A stretch of DNA of 64,000 bases from a virus: the IMG/VR virus record IMGVR_UViG_3300047560_000604, positions 32,001 through 96,000 of that record. One strand, given 5' to 3'. Positions within the stretch are counted from its first letter, which is position 1, and each line of letters opens with the position of its first letter. Positions 36,230-46,600 of the stretch are shown here, in pieces. Under the pieces are notes generated by a model, which was not told the origin of the DNA, ran no database searches, and saw nothing but the letters and a program-made list of their open reading frames with translations. The position numbers and the translations under genes are program-made.

Positions 36230-38131
36230 TTAATCTGGTTGAATTGTCAACAATGTTGACAATGGTTGTTGTTGCGGAATAACTGTTCCATCAGTCAATG
36301 TAGTTGTTTCAGTGTTATTGATGAACGAACCTAGTAGTGTCTGATCGGAAGATGTTACATCACCTTCTGCTCTTACGTTAGCACTGATTCTGACCCATAA
36401 GCTGCCATCCCAACGATACAATAGCTGCGGTAGATAGTCTGTGCGTAAGAAGTAATCACCCACACTCGGTGCAGATGGGAATACAATTCCTGATCCTACT
36501 GGTAATCCATTAGGTGCAGTGCCATCGCCGATCATGTAACCATCAGTGTATCCAAATCCTTGAGGAGTAGTACGTGTGATGAATTGGAATCTTGGGTCAC
36601 AGTCAGCACGGAAATCCATTTGCTGTGTAACTGTGCCGGTGAAACTAGGAGCGACTGTAATTCCTGTACCAATTGGCATACTCGCTAACGTTGGACGATC
36701 CACGACAAATGTGTTGTTAATTCTATCTACTGAAACAACTAATGTACCGGATGCAAAGACTTCAAATCTAGTGCCACTTTGTGATATAACATGTGCACCT
36801 ACATCGATACCTGGAACTAAATCCTGTGTCACATCAACTACGCTAATAGTAGTGACACCCGCTTGTACTTCAAGCGAAGTGATAGTAAATGATGGGAACT
36901 GGTCAGCAGTAGAGTATGTGTTGTCAGCAGTACCATATGGCCCTGTGATAGCTCCTACGGCTTTAGCAGTCAATACTAAAGTACCATCTACTTGTCCTGA
37001 ACCTGATTCAGTTCTTTGAGGAGCAAGTTTTGCAGTTTGCAAACTCATTGAAATATACTGACGTAACGCATCAGCATCAGATGAAGTTAATTCAAATAGT
37101 TTCTTTCTAGCTTGTGCACCAATTCTAATCACCGGACTAGGGTTTCTATAGTTAGCACTTTGAAATAGTTGTACTACTGCACGAGTGGGTACAGGGTTTC
37201 CAGGTGGCACAAGTACGTTGACTGGCAATGCAGGTTCACCGTCGAATGTAGGCACAACATACAGTTGACTTCTATCGTAACCTGTCTTAGGTACAAGTCT
37301 AGCAGCCTCTTCAATTGCTTTATCATTGATTGCAATGTTAGTGTTGTATCTACTAAGAACATCTTGCAATGTATCAAGTTTGTCATTGTCTGGATCAGAC
37401 AGTTCCCAATATGCTGGATCTGTTGGAGCTATACCTGCAGGTACATCTTGTATTGGGGTGTATAGTTTATTACCGTACATGACCGTATAGCCAGGAACAT
37501 ACGTTTTACTTTGATCCCAATCTCCTAGATAGTTTTCTTGTTCTAACGGTGCAGAAAGGATGTTACTGAATTCTTGACTATCTACTAATGGCTCACACTT
37601 GATACGCCACAAGTGCGGGTACCATGTTTGACTGAAACCCTCACTCGCAAAGTTAGCGTCAGTGATTTGATAGTATCTACGAAGTCCTACTGGAATCTTA
37701 TCATTCAATGGATGATAGTCAGTTAAGTGAGGTAACTCAAATACGTCACCAACCATCAATTTTCTACCTATCAATTCTATCATTTCATTATAATGAACAG
37801 TGACGAAAATAATGTCATTGTTTAAGAATAGACCAAACTGACTTAGGTCAAAGTCTAAATTTTGTACGTTATAATGCCCACGGATTCTATAGATGGAAGT
37901 GTCGTATTTTCTATCTCTGTTTTCCAAGAATAATATGTCTTGGATGTTTGTTGGGTCTAAACTGTCATAGACGGGTAATGTCTTGTCCTTAGTTCCAGTT
38001 GGGTTGTTTACACCGACGTATTTGTGAATGTACAAATCGGTTCCACCGACGGAAAACAATTCCTTGATGTTTCTATCTAAGAATTTGTAATCGTTTGTCT
38101 TTTCGGAACGATATAATGAGAGTCTTGCCAT
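36230..38131 (-). CDS. gp14: Neck/head-closure protein (gp14-like) with extensions
   Basis: LFLENRDRKYD, LSQFGLFL, MVGDVFELPHL; adjacent to gp15-like gene. Confidence 0.6.
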   Translation of the reverse strand: MARLSLYRSEKTNDYKFLDRNIKELFSVGGTDLYIHKYVGVNNPTGTKDKTLPVYDSLDPTNIQDILFLENRDRKYDTSIYRIRGHYNVQNLDFDLSQFGLFLNNDIIFVTVHYNEMIELIGRKLMVGDVFELPHLTDYHPLNDKIPVGLRRYYQITDANFASEGFSQTWYPHLWRIKCEPLVDSQEFSNILSAPLEQENYLGDWDQSKTYVPGYTVMYGNKLYTPIQDVPAGIAPTDPAYWELSDPDNDKLDTLQDVLSRYNTNIAINDKAIEEAARLVPKTGYDRSQLYVVPTFDGEPALPVNVLVPPGNPVPTRAVVQLFQSANYRNPSPVIRIGAQARKKLFELTSSDADALRQYISMSLQTAKLAPQRTESGSGQVDGTLVLTAKAVGAITGPYGTADNTYSTADQFPSFTITSLEVQAGVTTISVVDVTQDLVPGIDVGAHVISQSGTRFEVFASGTLVVSVDRINNTFVVDRPTLASMPIGTGITVAPSFTGTVTQQMDFRADCDPRFQFITRTTPQGFGYTDGYMIGDGTAPNGLPVGSGIVFPSAPSVGDYFLRTDYLPQLLYRWDGSLWVRISANVRAEGDVTSSDQTLLGSFINNTETTTLTDGTVIPQQQPLSTLLTIQPD

Positions 38132-38183
38132 ATTTAAATCCGTTTTATCTAGTATTTAGTACAAAAGTTTTACCTTTCATCTA

Positions 38184-38212
38184 TTGACAATAAATGGGTT
38201 ATGTTATATAAT
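38184..38212 (+). promoter_or_regulatory. sigma70 consensus (early) promoter
   Basis: TTGACA-17 nt-TATAAT. Confidence 0.85.
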
Positions 38213-38235
38213 AATGACTGTTAATAGGAGAAAAC

Positions 38236-39423
38236 ATGGCCACACGTAAACCGAAGCGCACAGACGATCACTTTGTAAAAGCACTGAATCCACGTGACGC
38301 AGACACTAAGTATTTGGGTGAAGAACCCTTCTTCCCATTGCAACCAGACAGCGACCAGCGCACAGTTGCGTTGACCCGAGGCTTTACTTGGTATAATCGT
38401 TTCTATGGCAAGAAGGATGCCCGTGAGCTTTTGTGTCAATATCTTGACCATTACAATCGCACTGACGAAGCAAAAGCCTTACGTAAACTCCCTGAATCTG
38501 AATTTTTGATGACATTGTGCTGGTTGGCACGTATGAATTTGCGAGGTCTTGAGTTGACTGAGCATGAGGAACTGACATTAGAAAACGAAATTTCACGACT
38601 GCATGTAGCATTGGCAAAGCCCGAAATTACAGTAAGCCAAACTGCGGGCGAACAAAAGACAGAGCCTGAAGTTACACGTCCTAACATTCAAGAAATCATG
38701 CGTGACAAAGCACGTGAAGCCGCCGGTGAACTTGAGGGTATGTTCGATGAATTCATTTTAGAGGGTGCAAAAGCATCTACTAAGTTGAAGCCAATGGATG
38801 AAGTTGCTAAGAAAAACGTTCTGCCCGGACATATCAGTATGCTAACTGATGTGTGGAAGAAAAAGCAACGTGAGTTTGAGGAAGTGTTAGAAGCCAAAGA
38901 TAGCCAATTAGTTCAAGCATATCAACACTTGACTAAGACACAAATTAAGAATATACTTAAGTTTATTGATGTTGTGATCGGTGACTTGAACGCATACGTT
39001 TCAGTCAAGAAAGCCTCAAAAGCACCACGTAAGCATAAGCCTGTACCAGTTGAGAAGATTGTTAAGAATCTCAAGTACTTGAAGGAATTCAAAGATGCAG
39101 TCAACAAAATTGATTTGGTATCAGTACACCCAACAAAACTTCATGGTGCAAGCGAGGCGTGGGTCTACGATACTGCCAAACGAAAACTACATCACTACAT
39201 TGCGGATGAGTACTCAAAATCGTTCACAGTTAAAGGTAACACTATCTTGGGTTTTGATACAAATGCTTCCGAAATTAAAACTCTACGTAAGCCCGGAGAA
39301 CAAATTAAAGAGGTTATGGGTAGTAAGCCAGCCGCACGTAAGTATTTCAAAGACATTAAAGCGGTCGCTACAACACCTAATGGACGATTCAACGAAAATA
39401 TGCTAATCCTGCGATGCTTTTGA
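38236..39423 (+). CDS. Conserved hypothetical early protein
   Basis: 395-aa ORF with AGGAG RBS behind a consensus promoter. Confidence 0.75.
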   Translation: MATRKPKRTDDHFVKALNPRDADTKYLGEEPFFPLQPDSDQRTVALTRGFTWYNRFYGKKDARELLCQYLDHYNRTDEAKALRKLPESEFLMTLCWLARMNLRGLELTEHEELTLENEISRLHVALAKPEITVSQTAGEQKTEPEVTRPNIQEIMRDKAREAAGELEGMFDEFILEGAKASTKLKPMDEVAKKNVLPGHISMLTDVWKKKQREFEEVLEAKDSQLVQAYQHLTKTQIKNILKFIDVVIGDLNAYVSVKKASKAPRKHKPVPVEKIVKNLKYLKEFKDAVNKIDLVSVHPTKLHGASEAWVYDTAKRKLHHYIADEYSKSFTVKGNTILGFDTNASEIKTLRKPGEQIKEVMGSKPAARKYFKDIKAVATTPNGRFNENMLILRCF

Positions 39424-40029
39424 TTTGTGTGGTCCTCTAGGACCCCTCATCTTAGCTAGAGATTCTTCACTATGCTTGAATTTACCCTTCATCGGTGAGG
39501 GTCCTCTTTTAGGGCTAATTCGTTTAACTTTGAGAGGACCTCTTGGTCCTCTCATATTAGCTTTATGTTCCTCAGAGAGATTTTTTCCTAGCTTAGATTC
39601 ACTAATTTTTTTTCGCCATTCCTCATCAAATACCCTTCCGGTTAGTTTTTCACTGAGCAACTTCTTACTTTCTTCACTGCGCTTTTTACCTTTATTGAGT
39701 TGTTTTCCAAAGTGTCCGTTTTTAGAACCAGTGCAACCTGCATGTCCAACTGGAGCTCCGGCACTACCGTTTTCTTCAATCAAGTTAGCCCAGAGAGCCG
39801 AGGTTACAATATTGTTATCTTTTGAGAATTTTAATGCAAATGGAGTACATTCTTCTAATGTTTGAAATTCCCAAACCTTTAGAGTTTTTACATACTCAGT
39901 TCCGTGTTTCTTGATATGCTGTTGCCAGTATTTACCCGAACCGTGATATCGGTTAACATTACGAGTGGTTTTGCCAAAATATTTTAATTTGGTTTTAGTA
40001 TGAATCTTGATATACAAGTAAATAGTCAT
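39403..40029 (-). CDS. GIY-YIG (Seg-like) homing endonuclease with NUMOD3-type repeats
   Basis: IYLYIK…KYFGKT…YHGSGKYW; repeats SEESKKLLS, EEWRKKISES, SEEHKANMRG, SEESLAKMRG. The likely true start is ATG at 40029 after AAGGAG. Confidence 0.82.
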   Translation of the reverse strand: MTIYLYIKIHTKTKLKYFGKTTRNVNRYHGSGKYWQQHIKKHGTEYVKTLKVWEFQTLEECTPFALKFSKDNNIVTSALWANLIEENGSAGAPVGHAGCTGSKNGHFGKQLNKGKKRSEESKKLLSEKLTGRVFDEEWRKKISESKLGKNLSEEHKANMRGPRGPLKVKRISPKRGPSPMKGKFKHSEESLAKMRGPRGPHKSKASQD

Positions 40030-40100
40030 GCTGATGCTCCTTTTCAAAATGACAGCATTAGAGTCCCTGGGTTTGTGGTGAACCGCGAGGGACATTTTTG

Positions 40101-40137
40101 TTGACACAATAATCTATGTGTGCTATACTTATTTATC
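40101..40137. promoter_or_regulatory. Abutting divergent promoters: sigma70 (+) and late-type (-)
   Basis: TTGACA 40101-40106 with TATACT 40124-40129 on +; GATAAATA on minus at 40130-40137. Confidence 0.65.
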
Positions 40138-40162
40138 TAAACATGATTATTTTAAAGGCTTT

Positions 40163-40393
40163 ATGAACGAACGAATTCAAAAACTTAAACAACAGGCTAT
40201 AGACTATGCGTGGAATCTTCGTAATGAAGGCAACTCGGCAAGTTTAGACAACCTCTTCCAAGAAAAGTTCGCCGAGTTGCTTGTGCAGGAATGTGCTAAG
40301 ATTGTAGAGGACAGCACATGGAACCTTCCGCATGGATATAAGGCAGTGGATCAGGCTAACTTGGTTAAGAAACATTTCGGAGTTGAAGAATGA
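40163..40393 (+). CDS. FGVEE-family small protein
   Basis: MNERIQKLK…EKFAELLVQEC…KHFGVEE*. Confidence 0.8.
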   Translation: MNERIQKLKQQAIDYAWNLRNEGNSASLDNLFQEKFAELLVQECAKIVEDSTWNLPHGYKAVDQANLVKKHFGVEE

Positions 40394-40554
40394 ATGAGGA
40401 AGATGAAATCAAACTGTTAGAAGGTCGAGTTAAAAATCTATTGATTCTTAATGAATCTTTAGAAAGAGGCATTGCTCGGCGTGATGAACGGATTGAAACA
40501 TTGGAATCATTATTGGCAAAATATAATCCAAAACATTTCGGAGTTGAAGAATGA
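40390..40554 (+). CDS. 54-aa coiled-coil ORF ending KHFGVEE (not in the supplied ORF track)
   Basis: MNEEDEIKLLEGRVKNLLILNESLERGIARRDERIETLESLLAKYNPKHFGVEE*; bounded by two copies of the 15-nt junction. Confidence 0.7.
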   Translation: MNEEDEIKLLEGRVKNLLILNESLERGIARRDERIETLESLLAKYNPKHFGVEE

Positions 40555-40793
40555 AAATTTTAGGTGTACGCTGGTTCGCAGGTAGAAACTGCATCGGCAT
40601 TGTGCAATACATCGAGGATGAGGAAGTGTCACTATATCGTCAAACAGGTGACGCCGATTACAAATACTACATTGGTATGGGTAAAGGACATGACGAAAAA
40701 GAAGATATGCAAACCATCGCTGATTGGGGCAGTACTTTTGACAAGGCTGCAGGCGATGTGTTATTTAAAGTTTATAAAGGAGAACCCATATGA
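40551..40793 (+). CDS. Small hypothetical protein
   Basis: 80-aa ORF starting inside the junction repeat. Confidence 0.7.
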   Translation: MKILGVRWFAGRNCIGIVQYIEDEEVSLYRQTGDADYKYYIGMGKGHDEKEDMQTIADWGSTFDKAAGDVLFKVYKGEPI

Positions 40794-41197
40794 GTAAAAT
40801 TGATTTAAACAAGTATCAGGACTTTGTCCAAGCAGTTACTAGTCAGCCAAGTAATGACCTAGAAACATTGATTACCCGAATGCGTGAAGTAGAAGCACAG
40901 GGTGTTAATGTGTCATTATTATTAACCGGGGGAATTGGTCTAGCAAGTGAAGGTGGTGAGTTTAACGAAATCGTCAAAAAGATTTTGTTCCAAGGCAAGC
41001 CATTCAATGAAGAAAATCGCTTTCACATGAAGCGTGAGTTGGGTGACATTGGTTGGTACTGGATCAACAGTTGCCGAGCATTGAACTATGACCCCAATGA
41101 AGTCTTGCTAGAGAACGTTTCTAAGCTAGAAGCACGTTATCCTGGTGGCAGTTTTGATGCCCACTATTCAGAGAATCGCAAAGAAGGCGATCTATAA
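40790..41197 (+). CDS. mazG: MazG-like nucleotide pyrophosphohydrolase
   Basis: GLASEGGEFNEIVKK…ELGDIGWY…N..KL..RYP. Confidence 0.85.
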   Translation: MSKIDLNKYQDFVQAVTSQPSNDLETLITRMREVEAQGVNVSLLLTGGIGLASEGGEFNEIVKKILFQGKPFNEENRFHMKRELGDIGWYWINSCRALNYDPNEVLLENVSKLEARYPGGSFDAHYSENRKEGDL

Positions 41198-41199
41198 TA

Positions 41200-41700
41200 T
41201 AAATCCCCGCATTGTAGCGTAATTTTTAACGCACCAATGCGGGTTAAGTAATAGATTATTGGTTTATAGGTGTCCCGCTACCTCAAAATGTGGCGATATC
41301 CCGTCCTCATTGTGGTGCGACGGTAGTAGTGAGACCAACACAAATTTATGGGACTACCCTTTGATGCTTAAACGTCTACCCTCTGCGTAGAAACGTTTCC
41401 CATATCTTAATAGTTGAAAGTTTGCCGGGTCATAGTAATTGCGATAGAGGGCCCGGGCTGTGTGTAGAATCCTGATGAATATACCTACACTTTAACAGCG
41501 AATACGGAAAAGTCCCTTCATGGGTTAGTGAGACATAGACAATCCTCCACTGTAATCTTTTAATTCATCATCGCCTCAGTTCCTCAAGAATGTTTTTTGG
41601 CTTGTAGATTTTATATCTACTCGCCATTGCCTAAGAATATCAATAACAGATACCAGCAAATAACCCACAGAAATCCCGAATACAAAACCCATAGACATTT
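41200..41700. ncRNA. Candidate structured non-coding RNA (family unassigned)
   Basis: No ORF of 60 aa or more; at least 8 stems found by eye, including nested and long-range pairs. Confidence 0.45.
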
Positions 41701-41702
41701 CC

Positions 41703-41710
41703 GATAAATA
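41703..41710 (+). promoter_or_regulatory. T4 late-type promoter motif
   Basis: GATAAATA. Confidence 0.6.
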
Positions 41711-41731
41711 ATATATCCGGAGATATTACAT

Positions 41732-42487
41732 ATGGCTAGTTTAGACGAATTGAAAGAAGATTTATTTGCGGGTTTAAGACTACGATTAGGCGATGGTATC
41801 GTTGATGTAGAATTAGATCCAGCGCATTACGAAGTGGCATACAGATATGCTATCAGAACATACCGCCAAAGAGCACAAAACGCTACCACTGAATCCTACA
41901 CATTATTGACAATGCACAAGGATCAAAATTCATATACTTTGCCTAGCGAATTTATCAATGTACGTCAAATATTTCGTAGAACTATCGGTCTTGACACAGG
42001 GCCAAGTTCTAGTTCATTTGACCCGTTCTCTAGTGCTATCCTAAACACATATTTGTTAAATTACAACTATGCAGGTGGTCTAGCAACTTATGATTTCTAC
42101 GCAGGTTACATTGAATTGGCTGCACGTATGTTCGGCGGCTACGTAATCTATACATTCAATCCGGTGACTAAAGAGATTAAACTTGTTCGTAACCCTAAAG
42201 GTGATGGTGAACAAGTTTTAATATGGGCGGACATCCAACGCCCGGAAATTGAACTATTACAAGATCCATACGCTGGAGTTTGGATCGGTGACTGGACACT
42301 TGCGACTTTAAAGAACACTTTGGGTGAAGCACGTGAAAAGTTTGCTAGTATTGCAGGCCCGGGTGGCGGCACCACGTTAAATGGAGCAGCATTGAAGGGC
42401 GAAGCTAAAGCAATGCAAGAACAATTGATTGATGAATTGAAGCGTTATGTAGATGGTTCACAACCATTAACTTGGATCATTGGTTAA
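41732..42487 (+). CDS. gp13: Neck protein (gp13-like)
   Basis: LRLRLGDGIVDVEL…HY, LGEAREKFASIAGPGGGTTLNG…LK.E. Confidence 0.75.
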   Translation: MASLDELKEDLFAGLRLRLGDGIVDVELDPAHYEVAYRYAIRTYRQRAQNATTESYTLLTMHKDQNSYTLPSEFINVRQIFRRTIGLDTGPSSSSFDPFSSAILNTYLLNYNYAGGLATYDFYAGYIELAARMFGGYVIYTFNPVTKEIKLVRNPKGDGEQVLIWADIQRPEIELLQDPYAGVWIGDWTLATLKNTLGEAREKFASIAGPGGGTTLNGAALKGEAKAMQEQLIDELKRYVDGSQPLTWIIG

Positions 42488-42550
42488 TGAGAGCAACTGT
42501 CTGGGAAAATAGAAAATAACGGGTAGACTTTCATGCAACTAAGTAGTTGT

Positions 42551-43213
42551 ATGATTCTAGGCGTAACAGGACTGATAGGCTCCGGAAAAGACACTATCGC
42601 AGATTATTTGGTTACTGAGCATGGCTTCAAGCGAGTTTCATTCGCAGCCAGCTTAAAAGATGCTGTAGCAGCCGTATTTGGTTGGGACAGAGAAATGTTA
42701 GAAGGCACATCTAAACAAAGTCGTCAATGGCGTGAAGAAGTTGACACTTGGTGGGCTACTAGATTAAACATGCCTCAGTTGACACCAAGATGGGTATTGC
42801 AGAATTGGGGAACGGACGTTCTTAGAAACAATTTTCATACTGATATATGGGTTGCATCATTTGAAAACAAACTTAGACAGACTGAGGATAATGTTGTTAT
42901 CACTGATTGCCGTTTCGGTAACGAAGTAGACGCCATTAAAAACGCAGGTGGTACAACTTGTAGAGTATTCAGGGGTCAGCATCCCGACTGGTATCAGGCA
43001 GCAATTGACTACAACAGAGGGCCTAACGGAAATGAAGTCTGGGCATTGAGTAAATTGAAACTAGACAGAGCAAACGTTCATGCTAGTGAATATAGCTCAG
43101 TAGGATTGAAGTATGACCACTTTGTTCAGAATGACGGCACGATAGATGAGTTACATGTACAAGTCAATCGACTTCTAAATCTCCCCGGCGCCAAGTTACA
43201 TTCTTTCGTTTAA
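42551..43213 (+). CDS. Deoxynucleoside monophosphate kinase (T4 gp1-like)
   Basis: GVTGLIGSGKDT, SFAASLKD, TPRWVLQ.WGT, VITDCRF.NE, HASE. Confidence 0.88.
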   Translation: MILGVTGLIGSGKDTIADYLVTEHGFKRVSFAASLKDAVAAVFGWDREMLEGTSKQSRQWREEVDTWWATRLNMPQLTPRWVLQNWGTDVLRNNFHTDIWVASFENKLRQTEDNVVITDCRFGNEVDAIKNAGGTTCRVFRGQHPDWYQAAIDYNRGPNGNEVWALSKLKLDRANVHASEYSSVGLKYDHFVQNDGTIDELHVQVNRLLNLPGAKLHSFV

Positions 43214-43508
43214 CAACCTCAACACAGTTTAAACATATTGTCCTGAGATTCACATACTCATTGTTCTCTAAGTTCCCGTCTACATTATAGACCATCATTT
43301 GAGTAGGGAACAAACTCTTAAACCCACATATATCACATGTGGGTTTTTTCTTGTATCCCGCAGCTTGCCAACTAGGAACTCTTGGCTTAGACCTTTTTTG
43401 CTTTTTACTTCCACAATCATCACATATCCTACGATAGTATGTTTTTCCGTTGCGCTTGTAATTAACAGCACAGAAGTTTTTGTTGCATTCTTTGCATATA
43501 GGTCTCAT
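43164..43508 (-). CDS. Zn-binding HNH-like protein, probably degenerate
   Basis: CKEC, CDDC, CDICG…VYNVDGNLENN…NLRTICLNC. Confidence 0.6.
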   Translation of the reverse strand: MRPICKECNKNFCAVNYKRNGKTYYRRICDDCGSKKQKRSKPRVPSWQAAGYKKKPTCDICGFKSLFPTQMMVYNVDGNLENNEYVNLRTICLNCVEVVKRKNVTWRRGDLEVD

Positions 43509-43630
43509 CAAGTATTTAATCTATAAAAACCTTTAAAGGCATGCTTATTGGTGCTTTTTGTAAATTTTCGCTAAATATTAATACGAATTAGGGCGTTAAC
43601 CCTCACAATCATAACATAAAGGAAAACAAA

Positions 43631-46600
43631 ATGGCATTAGTATCACCAGGCGTACAAGTAACGATCATCGACCAAAGTCAATATCTACCTGCAGCCTCAA
43701 ACTCAGTTCCTCTAGTTGTATTAGCAACAGCAACAAATAAAGCTAATGCTGCAGGAACTGGTGTAGCAGCGGCGACAACCGCAGCAAACGCAAACAAATT
43801 ATATCAAGTAACAAGTCAACGTGACCTAGTTAACTTGTTTGGTTCACCATTCTTCTACAAGACAACTAATGGTACAAGCATTCATGGATATGAATTAAAC
43901 GAATACGGTCTATTGGCTGCTTATTCATTGTTAGGTGCAACAAATCGTTGCTATATCTTACGTGCTGATATCGACTTAGGTTCTTTAGTTGGTACATTGA
44001 GCCGCCCAGTAGGTGATCCAGAAGACGGTACATACTGGTTGGATACTACCAATACATCTTGGGGTATCTATTCATTCAACTTAAGTACAGGTAAGTTCAC
44101 GCAAGTTGAACCAACTGTAATCACCGACAGTCAGTATATCACTGGTGAATTGTCTGATAACTATCCAGTAGACAGCTTCGGCATAATTGGCTCATATGCA
44201 GTAATTGCTAACCCAATCGGTACTGATGGTGTTTACAATCAAGGTACATTCTTCTACAAGACATACGATAACGTATGGGTTAAGGTTGGTTCACCTGATT
44301 GGAAGAAAGCTATCCCTGCAGTAACAGGTACAGTTTCATTCCCAAGTTTAAACATCGGTGACAAGTTTACTATTAACGTCAACGGTGATTTCTCTCGTCA
44401 ACTTAACATTGATACAGGTTCTATCACTGACGTTAAAGACAGTCTAATGTCATTGGGTATTTCTGATTTGAACGTTAGAGTAGTAGACGGTAAGTTGTCT
44501 ATTGCATACGGTATGCCAGGTTCTGGTAAATATATCGCATTGTCTAATGACGATGGTACTCCATTGACTGATATGGGTATTACAGCAGGTACATACTATG
44601 CTGCGGAAGTAGTATATGCACCAAGCTCTGGTATGCCATTATGGTCTAGTCAACAACAAAAACCACATCCAACAGGCAGTATCTGGATCAAGACTAGTAT
44701 TGCAGGTTCAGGTATGGACGTTAAAATGTCTTCATACAGCGCAACAACTGGTACTTGGGTCAGTTCTACTGTTTCTAAGTATAGCTCAGCCGTTGCTGCC
44801 ATCGGTGATCTAGATAGTTCAGGTGGTAAGTCAATTCCTACTGGTACATTGTTTGCTCAAGTAGGCGATGCATCTGGATCTGTAGTTACTCCTGATTTAG
44901 GAATTCAACTATACAAGCGTACAGCAACTGGCACAATGGTAAAAACTGGTGCAGTTTCTGATTTTGTAACATATCCTATCACTGTAGGTAAAGCATTAGT
45001 TATCACTGTTACTGTTCCAGGACAAGCAACAACAACTTCTAATTACTACACATTAGTAACTGCAGGTACAACTGCTGAAAGTTTTGTCACTGAGTGGAAC
45101 GGTTTAGATATTCCTAACACAGTTGCAACAATCACAACTTCTGGTGCAATTCAACTAGAGCACACAGCAGGTGGCGACATTTATCTAACAGATATTCCAC
45201 CAGGAACTTACACACCTGATTCAAATAACACACCTGGTCAAAGTAACGGTTTGTTAGCTGAGATCGGTTTCTCTGCAACTGACGGCACAATGCAAGTTGG
45301 TGCAGTTGTTCCTTTCGTGGCAACTAACGTAACTCAATCAGAGTCTAGCGGTTCAGGCACAGGCGCAGTATTGACAGTTACTAATCGTGGTACATGGTAT
45401 GGCTTCTCCGTAACTACTAACGGTTCAGGCTATGTAGTCGATGATACAATTACTATTGACGGTGCTGATATCGGTGGTGCAAGTGGTGCAAACGACTTAG
45501 TATTAACGGTTGAGTCATTATCTCCATTGAAACTTGCTTACTTGTCAGGTACACCTAGAGTAAACTACTCAGTTGCGGCAAGTAACTGGGAAATCTTAGA
45601 CTATGTTGCTAACGAAGGTGCTCCAGCAACTAACCCAGCAAATGGTACAAACTGGTTCTTCTCAACAGCAACTCAAGTTGATATCATGGTTAACCAACAA
45701 GGTTCATGGAAAGGTTATAAGAACGTAAACTTTGACTCTGATGGTCACCCATCAGCAACAGGTGTTAACTCTACTGATCCATTAGGACCAATCATCGCAA
45801 CTACTGCTCCAACAACTCAATCTGATGGAACAGCATTAGTAACTGGTGATTTGTGGTTAGATTCAAGTGACTTAGAAAACTATCCAAAACTAAGCCGTTG
45901 GCAATTAGTTGATGGTGCAGAACAATGGGTTGCAATTGATAACGCTGACCAAACAAGTCAAGCAGGTATCGTATTTGCTGATGCTCGTTGGGCCAACTCA
46001 GGTACAGTTGATCCAGTAAGTGATCCTCTAACAAGTATCACTACATTGTTGACAAGCAACTACTTAGATTTAGATGCACCTGATCCAGCACTATATCCAC
46101 AAGGTATGTTGTTGTTTAACACACGCCGTTCAGGTTATAACGTTAAACAGTTCACAACTAATTATTTCACAGCAGCTAAGTATCCAGATGCTTATCCAGC
46201 GAATGATTCAAACCCAGCACACGTGCCAAAACTTCCAGCATACACATATACATGGGTATCTGTAAGCGGTTTGCAATCTAACGGTGCAGCATACATGGGT
46301 CGTAAAGCACAACGTAATTTAGTTGTTCAAGCGATGAAGGCAGCAATTGGTACTAATCAAAGTATCCGTGAAGAAGATACATTCTTCAACTTGATTTCTG
46401 CTCCTAATTACCCAGAGCTACAACCTGATATGGTTACATTGAATAATGACCGTAACAACACAGCTTACATCATTGGTGACACCCCATTGCGCTTACCAGA
46501 TCAAGCAACTGACTTGACTAACTGGGCTACAAACGCAGCAGGTGCAACAAGCACAGGTGAAGCAGGTTGGGTCACACGTGACGAATACATGGGCGTATTC

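Noticed and set aside
41468-41515. Hammerhead ribozyme (CTGATGA … GAAA)
   Set aside because: CTGATGA is not followed by a stem II closing onto GAAA; it lies in the loop of another hairpin.
41505-41700. RNase P-like (GGAAAAGTCC … ACAAAACCC) or group II intron-like (GTGCGAC at 41315) signatures
   Set aside because: P4 geometry and spacing do not fit well and no convincing domain V was found; left as an unassigned ncRNA pending Infernal.
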